From Gemmatimonadota bacterium (GTDB lineage Bacteria; JBHIER01; G020348925), in contig CP070758.1 in the NCBI GenBank assembly GCA_020348925.1, positions 2,309,688 to 2,373,687 of the forward strand: a stretch of DNA of 64,000 nt, written 5' to 3'. The position numbers and the translations under genes were made by a program. Below the pieces are notes generated by a model. That model did no database searches and was not told where the DNA came from. It worked only from the letters and a program-made list of their open reading frames with translations. This document shows positions 46,117-56,174 of this stretch, piece after piece; positions within the stretch are counted from its first letter, which is position 1, and each line of letters begins with the position of its first letter.

Positions 46117-48966
46117 ATGGTCAGAATGGGGGGCCTTGAGACCTTTGTCGCCATCGATGTTGAGACAACCGGTCTGGATCCCGAGCAGGATGAGATCATC
46201 GAAGTGGGAGCTGTCCGAGTTCGAGAGGGCGCAATCGAACGTCGGTTTGAGCACCTTGTTTCCTCCAGTCGACCTATCCCTCCGGCCATTACGCGCCTCA
46301 CCGGTATATCGAACGATGACTGCGCAGGCCAGCCGTCGATTTCATCGATCCTTCCCCGGTTTCTCCGTTTCCTCGAGGATGATCCTGTCGTCGCCCATAA
46401 CGCCCCTTTCGATCTCTCCTTTCTGAACCATCAAATGAAAAAGAATGGATGGGGTGGGATTGAGGGGACCGTTTTCGATACCCTCACACTCTCGCGAATT
46501 CTCCTTCCCCGTCTGAGAAACCATCAGCTGTCGACACTGCTATCGTATTTTCAAATTCCGACGTCCTCGACCCATCGGGCCGGTACGGATGCCGAATATA
46601 CGGCGAAACTTTTTCTCACTCTCCAGGAATATGTAGAACAGTTCGAACTCGATACGCTCCAGACGTTCCTCGCATTGACGCCGCGGTCGTCGCCTTTGAG
46701 CCGACTCTTCTCCGGGGCCGTGCGAGGGGCTCCGCTGAGAAAAATTGGAGGGCGTAAGGGTGATGGAGAGCTTCAGTTCGACTTCACCAATAGAATAGGC
46801 AGGCTCAGTCGCAGGAGACGCAAGGGATCCCACAGGATCGACATCAAGACGATTGAAGACACCTTTAGTTCTGATGGTCCGTTGAGCAGAGTATTCCCTC
46901 ACTACGAAGAGAGGCCGCAACAGGTCGCCATGGCCAGGGAGGTCGTGAAGGCTTTCAACAATTCTGAATGTCTCATCGTTGAGGCCGGGACCGGTGTGGG
47001 GAAAACCCTGGCCTACCTGGTGCCGGCTGTCCACTGGGCCCTGGAGAATGGTGACAGGGTTATTGTCTCGACGAAGACAAAGAACCTTCAGGAGCAATTG
47101 TTTTTCAGCGATATTCCACTCTTGAGGGATGTCATCGATCGACCCTTTACAGCCGTTCTCCTGAAAGGCAGATCAAACTATCTCTGCTTGAACAAGTGGT
47201 ACCGGACCCTGGCCGAAGCCAACCTGGGCGATGAAGAACGGATCGCAATGCTGCCTCTTGTCCTCTGGCTGAAGGAAACGGTCAGTGGTGATATCTCCGA
47301 AAATACGGGATTTCGGTTCGTGCACAATTCGGGGCTTTGGAACAGAGTCTGTGCTGAAAGCCTCTTTTGTCTCGGAGGGGGCTGTAAATACAAGGACAAG
47401 TGTTTCTACCAGAAGGTTCGAGGGGCTGCTCACAACGCGCACATTGTTGTCACGAATCACGCGCTGCTTTTGTCGGACGTCCTGATGGATCACGCGGTCT
47501 TGGACGCATACCACCGGCTCATCCTTGACGAGGCCCACACCGTGGAGAAGGTGGCGACCCAACATTTTGGTCGCAATGTGACGATCTGGCGGGTGCGAAG
47601 CCTGAGCGACAAATTGTGGCGTAAGGATCCGGTTGAAACAGGTCTTCTTCCGACGCTCGTGCAAAGAGTGGAGCGGGCACCTCTTGGGGGGGCTCAACGC
47701 GCAAGACTCAGAAAACATCTTGAGAAGGCGCGGGACCGTATTCAACGAGTACGAGCTACGGCCCCGGAGTACTTTCGTCAAGTGACCCGTGAGGCATTCA
47801 AAAGAATCGGGGAGCATCGAGATCGATATACTTCGAAAGTGAGATACGGCGAAAACGACAACCTTCTTGTCTTCAACATGTCTTACGATTTCTTGGAAGT
47901 GCTGACCGAACTCTGTCGGGATCTTACGCGCATATGCACAGGCCTTGGCGAAATTCCAGAAAGTGCTCTCGCCGATCTGCAGGAGCTTGTGCAGGAGGCG
48001 ACCGCTCGGGTGCAGGAATGCGAGGAGTTGATGTCGGATCTGTCCTTCGTGCTGATGGGGGATGATGAGGGCTTCGTCTATTGGGTTGAGGTTCCCTCGC
48101 AGGACGATCATTCCGATGCCCGACTCTGCGCAGCCCCTCTCGAGATCGGGGAGTTGATGACGGCTCACTTTTACGAAGGCCTCGAGACCACTGTCTTGAC
48201 GTCGGCCACGCTGACGACCCACGGGCGCTTCGACTATGTGTTAGAGCGTTTGGGTCTTGATCCTGAAAGAACCGTGCAATTCCGGACCGGTTCCCCATTT
48301 CGTTTTGAGGATCAGGCCCTTGTCTGTGTGCCCTCCTTTTTACCGTCCCCCTGGGAGCGCTCCTTTCAACAGGAGTTGGGCCACCTCATCAAGGAGGTTG
48401 TCCTGGCCACACGGAGGGGAACGATGGCCCTCTTCACGTCATACGATATGTTGACCTCCACATACAATGCGATCCAAGAACCTCTGGAAAGAGAGGGGAT
48501 CCGCGTGCTGGGTCAGGGCGTGAACGGTTCCCGCTCGCACATTATGTCCCAATTCAAACGGGAGAAGAGTGCGATCTTGATGGGTACCGAGAGTTTCTGG
48601 GAGGGTGTGGACTTGCTGGGTGAGGAGCTTACGGTGCTTTTTCTGGTGAAACTGCCCTTTGCCGTTCCCACGGAACCGTTGGTCGAAGCACAGATTGAGG
48701 CCTATGAGCGTCGGGGACTCGATCCCTTTCAGCATTATTCTGTACCTGAGGCAGTGATGAAGTTCAAGCAGGGCTTCGGGCGGTTGATCCGGAGCCGAGA
48801 GGACCGAGGGGTGGCCCTTGTCTGTGACACGCGGGTGCTCACTTCGAACTATGGACGCATTTTCCTAAAATCGCTCCCAACGAAGTCTCTCGTCTGTCCC
48901 GACAGGGAGGCGCTCCTCTCGGAGATCACACGATGGCTACCGACGGCGGAAGAACGGAACGACTGA
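46117..48966 (+). CDS. dinG: DinG-family helicase fused to an N-terminal DEDDh 3'-5' exonuclease
   Basis: IDVETTG..AHNAPFD..HRAGTDA exonuclease motifs; EAGTGVGKT, LKGRSNYLC, ILDEAH, FWEGVD, QGFGRLIRS. Confidence 0.92.
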   Translation: MVRMGGLETFVAIDVETTGLDPEQDEIIEVGAVRVREGAIERRFEHLVSSSRPIPPAITRLTGISNDDCAGQPSISSILPRFLRFLEDDPVVAHNAPFDLSFLNHQMKKNGWGGIEGTVFDTLTLSRILLPRLRNHQLSTLLSYFQIPTSSTHRAGTDAEYTAKLFLTLQEYVEQFELDTLQTFLALTPRSSPLSRLFSGAVRGAPLRKIGGRKGDGELQFDFTNRIGRLSRRRRKGSHRIDIKTIEDTFSSDGPLSRVFPHYEERPQQVAMAREVVKAFNNSECLIVEAGTGVGKTLAYLVPAVHWALENGDRVIVSTKTKNLQEQLFFSDIPLLRDVIDRPFTAVLLKGRSNYLCLNKWYRTLAEANLGDEERIAMLPLVLWLKETVSGDISENTGFRFVHNSGLWNRVCAESLFCLGGGCKYKDKCFYQKVRGAAHNAHIVVTNHALLLSDVLMDHAVLDAYHRLILDEAHTVEKVATQHFGRNVTIWRVRSLSDKLWRKDPVETGLLPTLVQRVERAPLGGAQRARLRKHLEKARDRIQRVRATAPEYFRQVTREAFKRIGEHRDRYTSKVRYGENDNLLVFNMSYDFLEVLTELCRDLTRICTGLGEIPESALADLQELVQEATARVQECEELMSDLSFVLMGDDEGFVYWVEVPSQDDHSDARLCAAPLEIGELMTAHFYEGLETTVLTSATLTTHGRFDYVLERLGLDPERTVQFRTGSPFRFEDQALVCVPSFLPSPWERSFQQELGHLIKEVVLATRRGTMALFTSYDMLTSTYNAIQEPLEREGIRVLGQGVNGSRSHIMSQFKREKSAILMGTESFWEGVDLLGEELTVLFLVKLPFAVPTEPLVEAQIEAYERRGLDPFQHYSVPEAVMKFKQGFGRLIRSREDRGVALVCDTRVLTSNYGRIFLKSLPTKSLVCPDREALLSEITRWLPTAEERND

Positions 48967-50777
48967 GGGAAAAACTCTCCCAGCTCCCCACAAAGCCGGG
49001 CGTCTATTTGATGAAGGACGAGGGGGACGAAATTCTTTATATCGGCAAAGCAAAGTCCTTGCGCCCGCGGATACGATCCTACTTTCAGGAGCCGGGGCCT
49101 GTGAGCCCGCGACAGGCGTCCATGATATCGCGGGTTCACGATTTTGAGTGCATTGTTACGGATAATGAGGTTGAAGCCTTGATTCTGGAAGCGTCCCTCA
49201 TAAAAGAGCACAAGCCCCGGTATAACGTCAATTTGAAGGACGACAAGAAATTTCCCTATCTCAAAGTGACAAAGGAGCCCTACCCTCGAATTGTTGCCAC
49301 GCGGCACTTGGAAAAGGACGGTGGGACCTATTTCGGGCCGTATACGGAAGCCAAGAAGATGCGGAGGCTGCTCAAGACCCTTCGTAAAATTTTTCCTGTG
49401 CGGAGCTGCGGAACGAGGCTCCCCGGACCTGAGGAGGGAAGGAGCTGTCTCTACCGCCACATCGGTCAATGTCTCGCTCCGTGCCTGGGAACAGGATCGC
49501 GGAAAACTGCGTACGATGATATGGTGAAGCAAATGTGCGCGTTTCTTTCTGGACACAGTTCAGCCCTGTTGGTGGAATTGGGAAAGAAGATGAACGAGGC
49601 GGCCGATGGGCAACGGTTTGAGGAGGCAGCGCGATTGCGGGATCAACTCCGCTATATTGAGCGAATCTCCATGAAACAGAAGGTGGTTTCAGCCGAATTG
49701 ATCGACAGTGATGTGATCGCTGTGGCTCAGGACGGTGGGGGAGCCTGCGGTGTTGTCCTTCAGATACGCGACGGGAAACTCATCGGCCGTGAGTACTACT
49801 TTTTGAACGGAACGAGGGGAAAATCGGAGAGGGAAGTTGTGACCGGCTTCCTCGAGCAGCATTACTTGGGAGCGACATTCGTTCCTGAGCAACTCTATGT
49901 CGAAAATGAGATTGAGGACAGGTTCAACACAACGGAATGGTTGACCCGGAAGCGGGGAAAGCGCGTGAAATTGGTGGTTCCAAAACGGGGTGATAAGGCG
50001 GAATTGGTCCGCATGGCCAAGCAGAATGCCGAGCATCTGTTGGTTGAGGCTCGCATGAAGAAGGGGAGAACACGAGCTCCAGGAGTGGTGGCCGAGCTTC
50101 AGCGCGTGCTTGCCCTCGAAAGACCACCGAGATCCATTGAGGCCTTTGACATCTCAAATCTCGGCGGCACGGATGCCGTCGGATCGATGGTCGCTTTTCG
50201 CGAAGGGAAAAAACGAAGAAGCGAATATCGTCGATTTAAGATAAAAAGTGTCGCCGGCCAGGACGATTACGCCATGATGCGAGAGGTCGTGGGGAGGAGG
50301 TTTCGGCGGCTCCTGAAAGAGGAGAAAACGCTGCCGGATCTCATTCTCATTGACGGAGGCCGGGGCCATCTGTCCAGCGCCCTGGACGTTCTGGAGGAGT
50401 TGGGGGTGAAGGGAGTGGAGGCTCTGGGTCTGGCCAAGCGTCTCGATGAGGTCTACAGACCGGGCGTTCCCGCTCCTCAGAACATTCCGAAAGGGTCCTC
50501 CGCCTTAAAACTACTTCAGGCCATACGGGATGAGGCACACCGCTTCGCTGTGGAATATCATCGTACCCTGCGGAGAATGAGGACAATTCGCTCGGAATTG
50601 GAGAACATTGCGGGTGTTGGTGTGAACAGAAGAACAGCCCTGCTGCGACACTTTGGATCAATGAAACGGCTTCAGGGAGCAACCGTCGAGGAGATTCAGG
50701 CTGTGGAGGGAATCAGTGCTTCGTTGGCCCGAAAGGTGTACACCCATCTTCACAAGCAAAAGGAGAGACATGAATGA
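48933..50777 (+). CDS. uvrC: Excinuclease ABC subunit C
   Basis: PGVYLM..YIGKAKSLR GIY-YIG, FEEAARLRD, EAFDISN, LIDGGRGHL, RDEAHRFA, HhH tail. Confidence 0.97.
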   Translation: MATDGGRTERLREKLSQLPTKPGVYLMKDEGDEILYIGKAKSLRPRIRSYFQEPGPVSPRQASMISRVHDFECIVTDNEVEALILEASLIKEHKPRYNVNLKDDKKFPYLKVTKEPYPRIVATRHLEKDGGTYFGPYTEAKKMRRLLKTLRKIFPVRSCGTRLPGPEEGRSCLYRHIGQCLAPCLGTGSRKTAYDDMVKQMCAFLSGHSSALLVELGKKMNEAADGQRFEEAARLRDQLRYIERISMKQKVVSAELIDSDVIAVAQDGGGACGVVLQIRDGKLIGREYYFLNGTRGKSEREVVTGFLEQHYLGATFVPEQLYVENEIEDRFNTTEWLTRKRGKRVKLVVPKRGDKAELVRMAKQNAEHLLVEARMKKGRTRAPGVVAELQRVLALERPPRSIEAFDISNLGGTDAVGSMVAFREGKKRRSEYRRFKIKSVAGQDDYAMMREVVGRRFRRLLKEEKTLPDLILIDGGRGHLSSALDVLEELGVKGVEALGLAKRLDEVYRPGVPAPQNIPKGSSALKLLQAIRDEAHRFAVEYHRTLRRMRTIRSELENIAGVGVNRRTALLRHFGSMKRLQGATVEEIQAVEGISASLARKVYTHLHKQKERHE

Positions 50778-51412
50778 TATTTGAGACATTGGTTGTCGGA
50801 AATGTTTTTACAAACTGTTACATAATAGGCTGCAAAAATACAAACGATGGAGTCGTCATCGATCCGGGCGGGCACCCTGACAGGATTCTCGATGTCATTG
50901 AGCGGTTGGGGGTAAGGCCTATCTATATCATCAATACCCACGGTCATGCGGATCATATTGAGGCCAATCGGGAGGTGCAAGAGGCCACTGGAGCTCAGAT
51001 TTTGATTCATGCCTCGGATGGGCCGATGTTGACCGATCCGGAGAAGAACCTGTCCGTCTTTTTCGGCCCGGCCATCGATTCGCCCCCTGCCGATCGATCC
51101 GTCGCCGAGGGCGAAGTGATCGAGTTTGGGCGGATGGGATTGCAGGTGCTTCATACCCCAGGCCATTCTCCCGGAGGTATCAGTCTTGTGGGGGACGGAT
51201 GCGTTTTTACGGGAGATGCGCTGTTTGCCGGATCCATCGGGCGCACCGATTTTCCCGGGGCCTCGCACGATCAATTGATCGATTCCATTCGAACAAAGCT
51301 GTTCGCCCTTGATGCATCGCTGAAGGTCTATTCCGGTCACGGGCCGGAGTCGACCATCGGCTGGGAGAAGGGACATAATCCCTTTTTCAATGAGTCCTAC
51401 GGTCTCTTTTGA
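50774..51412 (+). CDS. MBL-fold metallo-hydrolase (glyoxalase II-like)
   Basis: THGHADHI, TPGHSPG, GDALFAGSIGRTD, SGHG. Confidence 0.92.
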   Translation: MIFETLVVGNVFTNCYIIGCKNTNDGVVIDPGGHPDRILDVIERLGVRPIYIINTHGHADHIEANREVQEATGAQILIHASDGPMLTDPEKNLSVFFGPAIDSPPADRSVAEGEVIEFGRMGLQVLHTPGHSPGGISLVGDGCVFTGDALFAGSIGRTDFPGASHDQLIDSIRTKLFALDASLKVYSGHGPESTIGWEKGHNPFFNESYGLF

Positions 51413-52299
51413 TGATGACGGATTACCTCACAGAATTTCTGAATTTCCTCGTTATCGAGAGAGGTTTATCACAAAATACGATAAGTGCTTATGAAAATGA
51501 TATAAAGCGTTATGTGAGGTTTTTACAGGAGAAAGGACGAAATCCTGTCGAGGCCAGGCAGGAGGATGTGGTGAGCCTTTTTTATGCGCTCAAGGATGTG
51601 GGACTGGCTTCCTCCAGTATTGCCAGAAATTTTTCGACCATCAGGACGTTCCACAAGTTTCTCAGAGGAGAGGGATTGACCAAGAGTGATCCCACAGAGT
51701 ATCTTGACGCGCCAAAATTGTGGAAGAAACTGCCCGGTGTGCTTGACTACCATGAGGTGGAGCGATTGCTCGGCTGTCCGGATATTTCGACGGATTTAGG
51801 CCTGCGGGATCGTGCCATGATGGAGGTGCTGTACGCCTGCGGTCTGCGCATCTCGGAATTGATCGCGCTGCGGCTGTCAAATCTTCTGCTCGATCAGGGC
51901 TGTCTCAGAGTGTTCGGAAAAGGGGGAAAGGAACGGATGGTTCCCCTGGGACGATCTGCGGCACACTCTATTGGACAGTATCTTCAAAGTGTCAGGCCAA
52001 AGCTCGATAAGGCAGACGGGAATGATTTCGTATTTCTCAATTGGCGTGGTAAGAAATTATCGCGCATGGGATTTTGGAAAATACTTCGAAAGCATGTGAA
52101 AACATCAGGCATCACAAAACCCGTGAGTCCCCATACCTTGAGGCATTCCTTTGCCACCCATCTGTTGGAGGGTGGGGCGGATCTGAGAGCCGTTCAGGAG
52201 ATGTTGGGGCACGCCGATATATCGACCACTCAAATATATACTCACATTGATCGGGAATATCTCAAAGAGGTCCACCGGACCTTTCATCCTCGCGGGTGA
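51412..52299 (+). CDS. xerD: Site-specific tyrosine recombinase XerD
   Basis: ERGLSQNTISAY, RDRAMMEVLYACGLRISE, GKGGKER, PHTLRHSFATHLLEGGADLR, TTQIYTH..HPRG. Confidence 0.93.
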   Translation: MMTDYLTEFLNFLVIERGLSQNTISAYENDIKRYVRFLQEKGRNPVEARQEDVVSLFYALKDVGLASSSIARNFSTIRTFHKFLRGEGLTKSDPTEYLDAPKLWKKLPGVLDYHEVERLLGCPDISTDLGLRDRAMMEVLYACGLRISELIALRLSNLLLDQGCLRVFGKGGKERMVPLGRSAAHSIGQYLQSVRPKLDKADGNDFVFLNWRGKKLSRMGFWKILRKHVKTSGITKPVSPHTLRHSFATHLLEGGADLRAVQEMLGHADISTTQIYTHIDREYLKEVHRTFHPRG

Positions 52300-52328
52300 A
52301 AAGCCAGTATTCCTGTAAGTGAATTCCA

Positions 52329-53141
52329 ATGATCATCAGAAAGATAACGTGCCGCTCGATCCTCTCCCGTTCAAAGATTCCGGATGTGGATTACGCCATC
52401 AATCCTTATGTCGGATGCGGACATGGGTGCGTTTACTGTTATGCGGTTTTCATGAAAAGGTTTACCGATCATCGCGAGCCCTGGGGTCAGTTTGTGGATA
52501 TAAAGAGAAACGGGCCCCAACAGTTACTGAGGGATCTGAAGCGGGCAAAATCCGGCCAGATCCTTTTGAGCAGCGTCACCGATCCGTATCAGCCGGCTGA
52601 GAAAAGATATGGAATAACACGAGACTGTCTCGAAGTATTGCACCAAGTCCGATTGCCCGTATCAATTTTAACCAAGTCGATCCTTGTCCTGAGGGATCTT
52701 GATCTGCTCGAAAGGATGAAAAGTGTCGACGTGGGACTTACGATAACAACCCTAAACGAGGAGGTCAGGAGGAACTTTGAGCCGCGCAGTTCTCCGGTTG
52801 AAGATCGATTCAATGCGATCCGTCGTTTAGCCAGTGAGGGTGTCCCGACGTGGATTTTCTTCGGGCCGGTGCTGCCCCACTTTTCGGACGGTGAGGATGT
52901 TTTGGAGGAATTTTTCCAAAGGGCTGAGGCGTGTGGGGCGCAGTACGTTTACGTGGATAGGATGAATCTCTATCCGAACGTCTGGGAGCGTGTGCAAGCG
53001 GTTTTGAAGAGACGATATCCGAAGGTCATGGACTATTACCGGAAGGTGAGAGAGGACAGAGACTCGTATTCTGAATTCCTCCGGGGTAGAATTCGGAAGG
53101 CGATCAGACGGTGCTCCATTCAGTGTCGCATCGTCTTCTGA
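52329..53141 (+). CDS. Radical SAM protein, spore-photoproduct-lyase-like (SplB/Rv2578c-like)
   Basis: INPYVGCGHGCVYCYA, SSVTDPYQPAE, ILTKS, FEP. Confidence 0.85.
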   Translation: MIIRKITCRSILSRSKIPDVDYAINPYVGCGHGCVYCYAVFMKRFTDHREPWGQFVDIKRNGPQQLLRDLKRAKSGQILLSSVTDPYQPAEKRYGITRDCLEVLHQVRLPVSILTKSILVLRDLDLLERMKSVDVGLTITTLNEEVRRNFEPRSSPVEDRFNAIRRLASEGVPTWIFFGPVLPHFSDGEDVLEEFFQRAEACGAQYVYVDRMNLYPNVWERVQAVLKRRYPKVMDYYRKVREDRDSYSEFLRGRIRKAIRRCSIQCRIVF

Positions 53142-53250
53142 ATCCGAGCACCTGTTGTGACACATCGTTGACGTGGGAAATTGAGATCATGTTCTAACTC
53201 ACGTATCTCCGATTCTCCGGTCCCTGGAGGCCAAAGATTCAGGCAAAAAC

Positions 53251-54687
53251 TTGAAAAAGCGGAAGAACAACATAGTTCTGATCAATCCCTGGATCTACGA
53301 CTTTGCCGCCTTCGATCTGTGGGTGAAACCCTTGGGGCTCCTTTACATTGATGCCCTTTTGCGGAGGAATGGATACGAGACCCACCTCATTGACTGTCTC
53401 GATCGATACCATCCCGAGCTGTTAAAGCTTCAGGGCAGACGGCGTCCCAAACGGAAGCGATACGGCACCGGTCCATTTCATAAGGAGGTCATAGAAAAGC
53501 CCGAGGTCTATAGGAATATCAAACGGCGATACGGGCGGTACGGGATCACCGAGGAGATTTTTCAAGAAGAGCTTCGGGCGTTGGAATCGCCTGACGTCAT
53601 ATTGGTCACCTCGGGAATGACGTACTGGTACCCCGGCCCCTTTCGGGTCATCCGATTGGTCAGGGAGTGTTTCCCGGGTACTCCGATCATATTAGGAGGG
53701 ATATACGCCACCCTGTGTCCGGACCATGCCAAGGAACACTCTGGAGCGGATACCATCGTCGTGGGGGAAGGGGAGCAGGAGGCATTGCGGTTGGTTGACG
53801 AGCTGACAGGTCAGCGCTCATCCTACTGGCCTGATCCGGAGAATCTGGACTCCTACCCATGGCCTGATTATACGTCTGGACATCGGCTCGAGTGGATGCC
53901 CCTGCTGACCTCACGGGGGTGTCCCTATCGCTGCTCCTACTGCGCCTCGCATAAGCTCTATCGGGCATTCAGACAGCGCCATCCGCAGAACGTTTTTGAA
54001 GAGATCGAATATGCCTACCGGACGATGAAGGTGAGAAATTTTGTATTTTACGATGATGCCCTCCTCGTTCGTGCCGAAAGTCACATTCATCCCTTGCTCG
54101 ATGAGGTCACCAACAGGAACATGTCCTGCACCTTTCACACGCCCAATGGTCTATCCCCCCGGGACATCGATGAAGTGCTGGCTGACAAACTCTTCTGCGC
54201 CGGGTTCAAAACAGTACGCTTGAGCTTCGAGACAGGCGATATTGAGCGACACAAGGGGATGAACTCTCAAGGGACTGCGGAAGAACTGGCTTTTGCAATT
54301 GACTGTCTTGAATGTGCTGGCTATCAGACAAAAGAGTTGGAGGTCTACGTTTTGGTCGGTTTGCCTGGTCAATCATTTGAGGAAATGATGGAGCGTATTG
54401 TCTTTGTGGCCAAGTGCGGAGCAAAGATCCGGTTGGCTCTCTATTCGCCAATTCCGGGAACGATGGATTGGGAAAAAGGGGTCCAATTGTTCGATTTCGA
54501 CGCGCAGGCCGACCCATTACTCCATAACAACACCCTGCTTCCGTTTTTTCCCTCCGGAAATCCCTCATTGGAACAGCTTCAAGGACTCGTCAAAATCCTC
54601 AACTCTGCCATCGATCAGGGCGTGAACGTTCTTCGTCCGTCGACCCTTTCGAAGACCTTCCTGAATGCCCTTGAAAAATGGGACTGA
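53251..54687 (+). CDS. Cobalamin-binding radical SAM protein
   Basis: INPWIYDFAAFDLWVKPLGL, ILGGIYATL, TSRGCPYRCSYCAS, FYDDALL, HTPNG; TTG start. Confidence 0.85.
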   Translation: MKKRKNNIVLINPWIYDFAAFDLWVKPLGLLYIDALLRRNGYETHLIDCLDRYHPELLKLQGRRRPKRKRYGTGPFHKEVIEKPEVYRNIKRRYGRYGITEEIFQEELRALESPDVILVTSGMTYWYPGPFRVIRLVRECFPGTPIILGGIYATLCPDHAKEHSGADTIVVGEGEQEALRLVDELTGQRSSYWPDPENLDSYPWPDYTSGHRLEWMPLLTSRGCPYRCSYCASHKLYRAFRQRHPQNVFEEIEYAYRTMKVRNFVFYDDALLVRAESHIHPLLDEVTNRNMSCTFHTPNGLSPRDIDEVLADKLFCAGFKTVRLSFETGDIERHKGMNSQGTAEELAFAIDCLECAGYQTKELEVYVLVGLPGQSFEEMMERIVFVAKCGAKIRLALYSPIPGTMDWEKGVQLFDFDAQADPLLHNNTLLPFFPSGNPSLEQLQGLVKILNSAIDQGVNVLRPSTLSKTFLNALEKWD

Positions 54688-54868
54688 GAAGCTCTTTCCG
54701 GTCAGAATAATCGAAAAAATTCAATTTTTTTCCTTCCAAGATAGAGTCATGGATACATCCCGAGTAATTTACACTAATCCCTTGTGTTTGTTAATATTTT
54801 TTCGATATCGCACGGCCCCGGGCTTGTCCCTAAGTTTTTTTACAGGGACGGCCCCTTTCCGAAAAAGG

Positions 54869-54897
54869 TTGACATCCTGAATTGGGTGTCCTATATT
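54869..54897 (+). promoter_or_regulatory. Putative sigma70 promoter for the lytic transglycosylase
   Basis: TTGACA-17 nt-TATATT; an imperfect inverted repeat GACATCC/GGGTGTC overlaps the spacer. Confidence 0.65.
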
Positions 54898-54945
54898 TGC
54901 CGAAATTTTTTCGGGCCTGGAGGGGCCGTGATGAAGGAGGTTGTT

Positions 54946-55923
54946 GTGAAGTTGTTGAAATATGTGAAATTCGGTATACTCCTGTGTGTCTGTTGCGCCA
55001 TTCCTCACACGCGGGGGCCAATCATAGAACACGATGCGAATCAGGATATCGGATGGAGTGGGGAAGATACGTTGAATGTCTGGGGTCGCGGTGTCTATGC
55101 CTTCCATCCTCTGGAGGAGGAGATAACGTTCGATGTTCCAATGGTGAGGAATGATCGTGTCGAATTCTTTGTTCAGTACTATCAGAATGAAGCGTATCAA
55201 TCCTATGCGACCTATCTGAAGAGATCGGTCAAGTACATCGAACCGATGCGCGATATTTTTAAGAAACACGATCTTCCCCAGGATCTCGTTTATTTGGCGC
55301 TCATTGAGAGCGGATACAATCCCTTTGCCTATTCAAGGGCTCACGCCATGGGTCCGTGGCAGTTTCTGGCAGGAACCGCCAGAATCTACGGATTGAGCAG
55401 GAACAAGTGGGTCGATGAACGGCGCGATCCGGTGAAATCGACGGAGGCGGCGGCCAGATATCTGAAGGATTTGTATGAGATTTTCGAGGACTGGTATTTG
55501 GTTCTGGCCGCTTACAACACCGGCCAGTCTCGAGTGCTCACGGCCATGAAAGAGGCTCAGAGTCGTGACTATTGGGCATTGGATCTTCCCACCCAGACGG
55601 AGGATTACGTGCCGCGATTTCTCGCTGCGACCATTATTGCCAAAAACCCGGAGCAGTATGGATTCGACATTGCATACGAAGAGCCCTTTGAACATGAGGT
55701 GATGTTGGTCCCGGGAAAGACCGATTTGAAAACTACCGCCGCATGCTTGGGTTGTGAGGTGGACCTGTTGCGGAGGCTCAACCCGGAACTGAAGCATCTG
55801 GTTACACCCCCCAATGCGTCTTCGTATCCGTTACGGATTCCGAGAGGATCGAAGGAGATCTTTGATCTTTGCTGTGAGAAACTTGGGGAACCGAACAGAG
55901 GCGTTTGCAGACCGCAGGGTTGA
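54946..55923 (+). CDS. Lytic transglycosylase (MltD-like SLT domain with C-terminal LysM-like segment)
   Basis: LALIESGYNP, AMGPWQF, DERRDP, LAAYNTG, TEDYVPRFLA. Start placed at GTG 54946 after SD AAGGAGG. Confidence 0.9.
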   Translation: MKLLKYVKFGILLCVCCAIPHTRGPIIEHDANQDIGWSGEDTLNVWGRGVYAFHPLEEEITFDVPMVRNDRVEFFVQYYQNEAYQSYATYLKRSVKYIEPMRDIFKKHDLPQDLVYLALIESGYNPFAYSRAHAMGPWQFLAGTARIYGLSRNKWVDERRDPVKSTEAAARYLKDLYEIFEDWYLVLAAYNTGQSRVLTAMKEAQSRDYWALDLPTQTEDYVPRFLAATIIAKNPEQYGFDIAYEEPFEHEVMLVPGKTDLKTTAACLGCEVDLLRRLNPELKHLVTPPNASSYPLRIPRGSKEIFDLCCEKLGEPNRGVCRPQG

Positions 55924-56091
55924 CAGGCGGATCTGCCTCTTTGAAACCACTATATACTTTCAGCTGATTGAAAGGTTCTCCCTGTTTCATGATCCTCATG
56001 CTGTGGGGCGCGGTTTCAGTTTTGATTGAAGGGTGTCCTTTTGCAAGCGAAAGACATTCTGAACGTGATGGGTGAAAGTCAATCTATTTGG

Positions 56092-56120
56092 TTGACTTTT
56101 TTTATTTCCTATAGTATATT
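56092..56120 (+). promoter_or_regulatory. Putative sigma70 promoter for the sppA operon
   Basis: TTGACT-17 nt-TATATT; the -35 is the right arm of the inverted repeat AAAGTCAA-N9-TTGACTTT. Confidence 0.6.
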
Positions 56121-56174
56121 TAGTAAGTCATTGTCTCATTGGTTAATGGACTCTTTTTTCAGGGAGTATCCCTT

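Noticed and set aside
47173-48222. 349-aa antisense ORF within dinG
   Set aside because: Shadow ORF of a well-supported gene; no motifs.
51412-52299. Tyrosine recombinase as an integrase marking a mobile island
   Set aside because: It has housekeeping XerD length and motifs, is embedded in an overlapping core operon, and has no att-like repeats or phage genes nearby.
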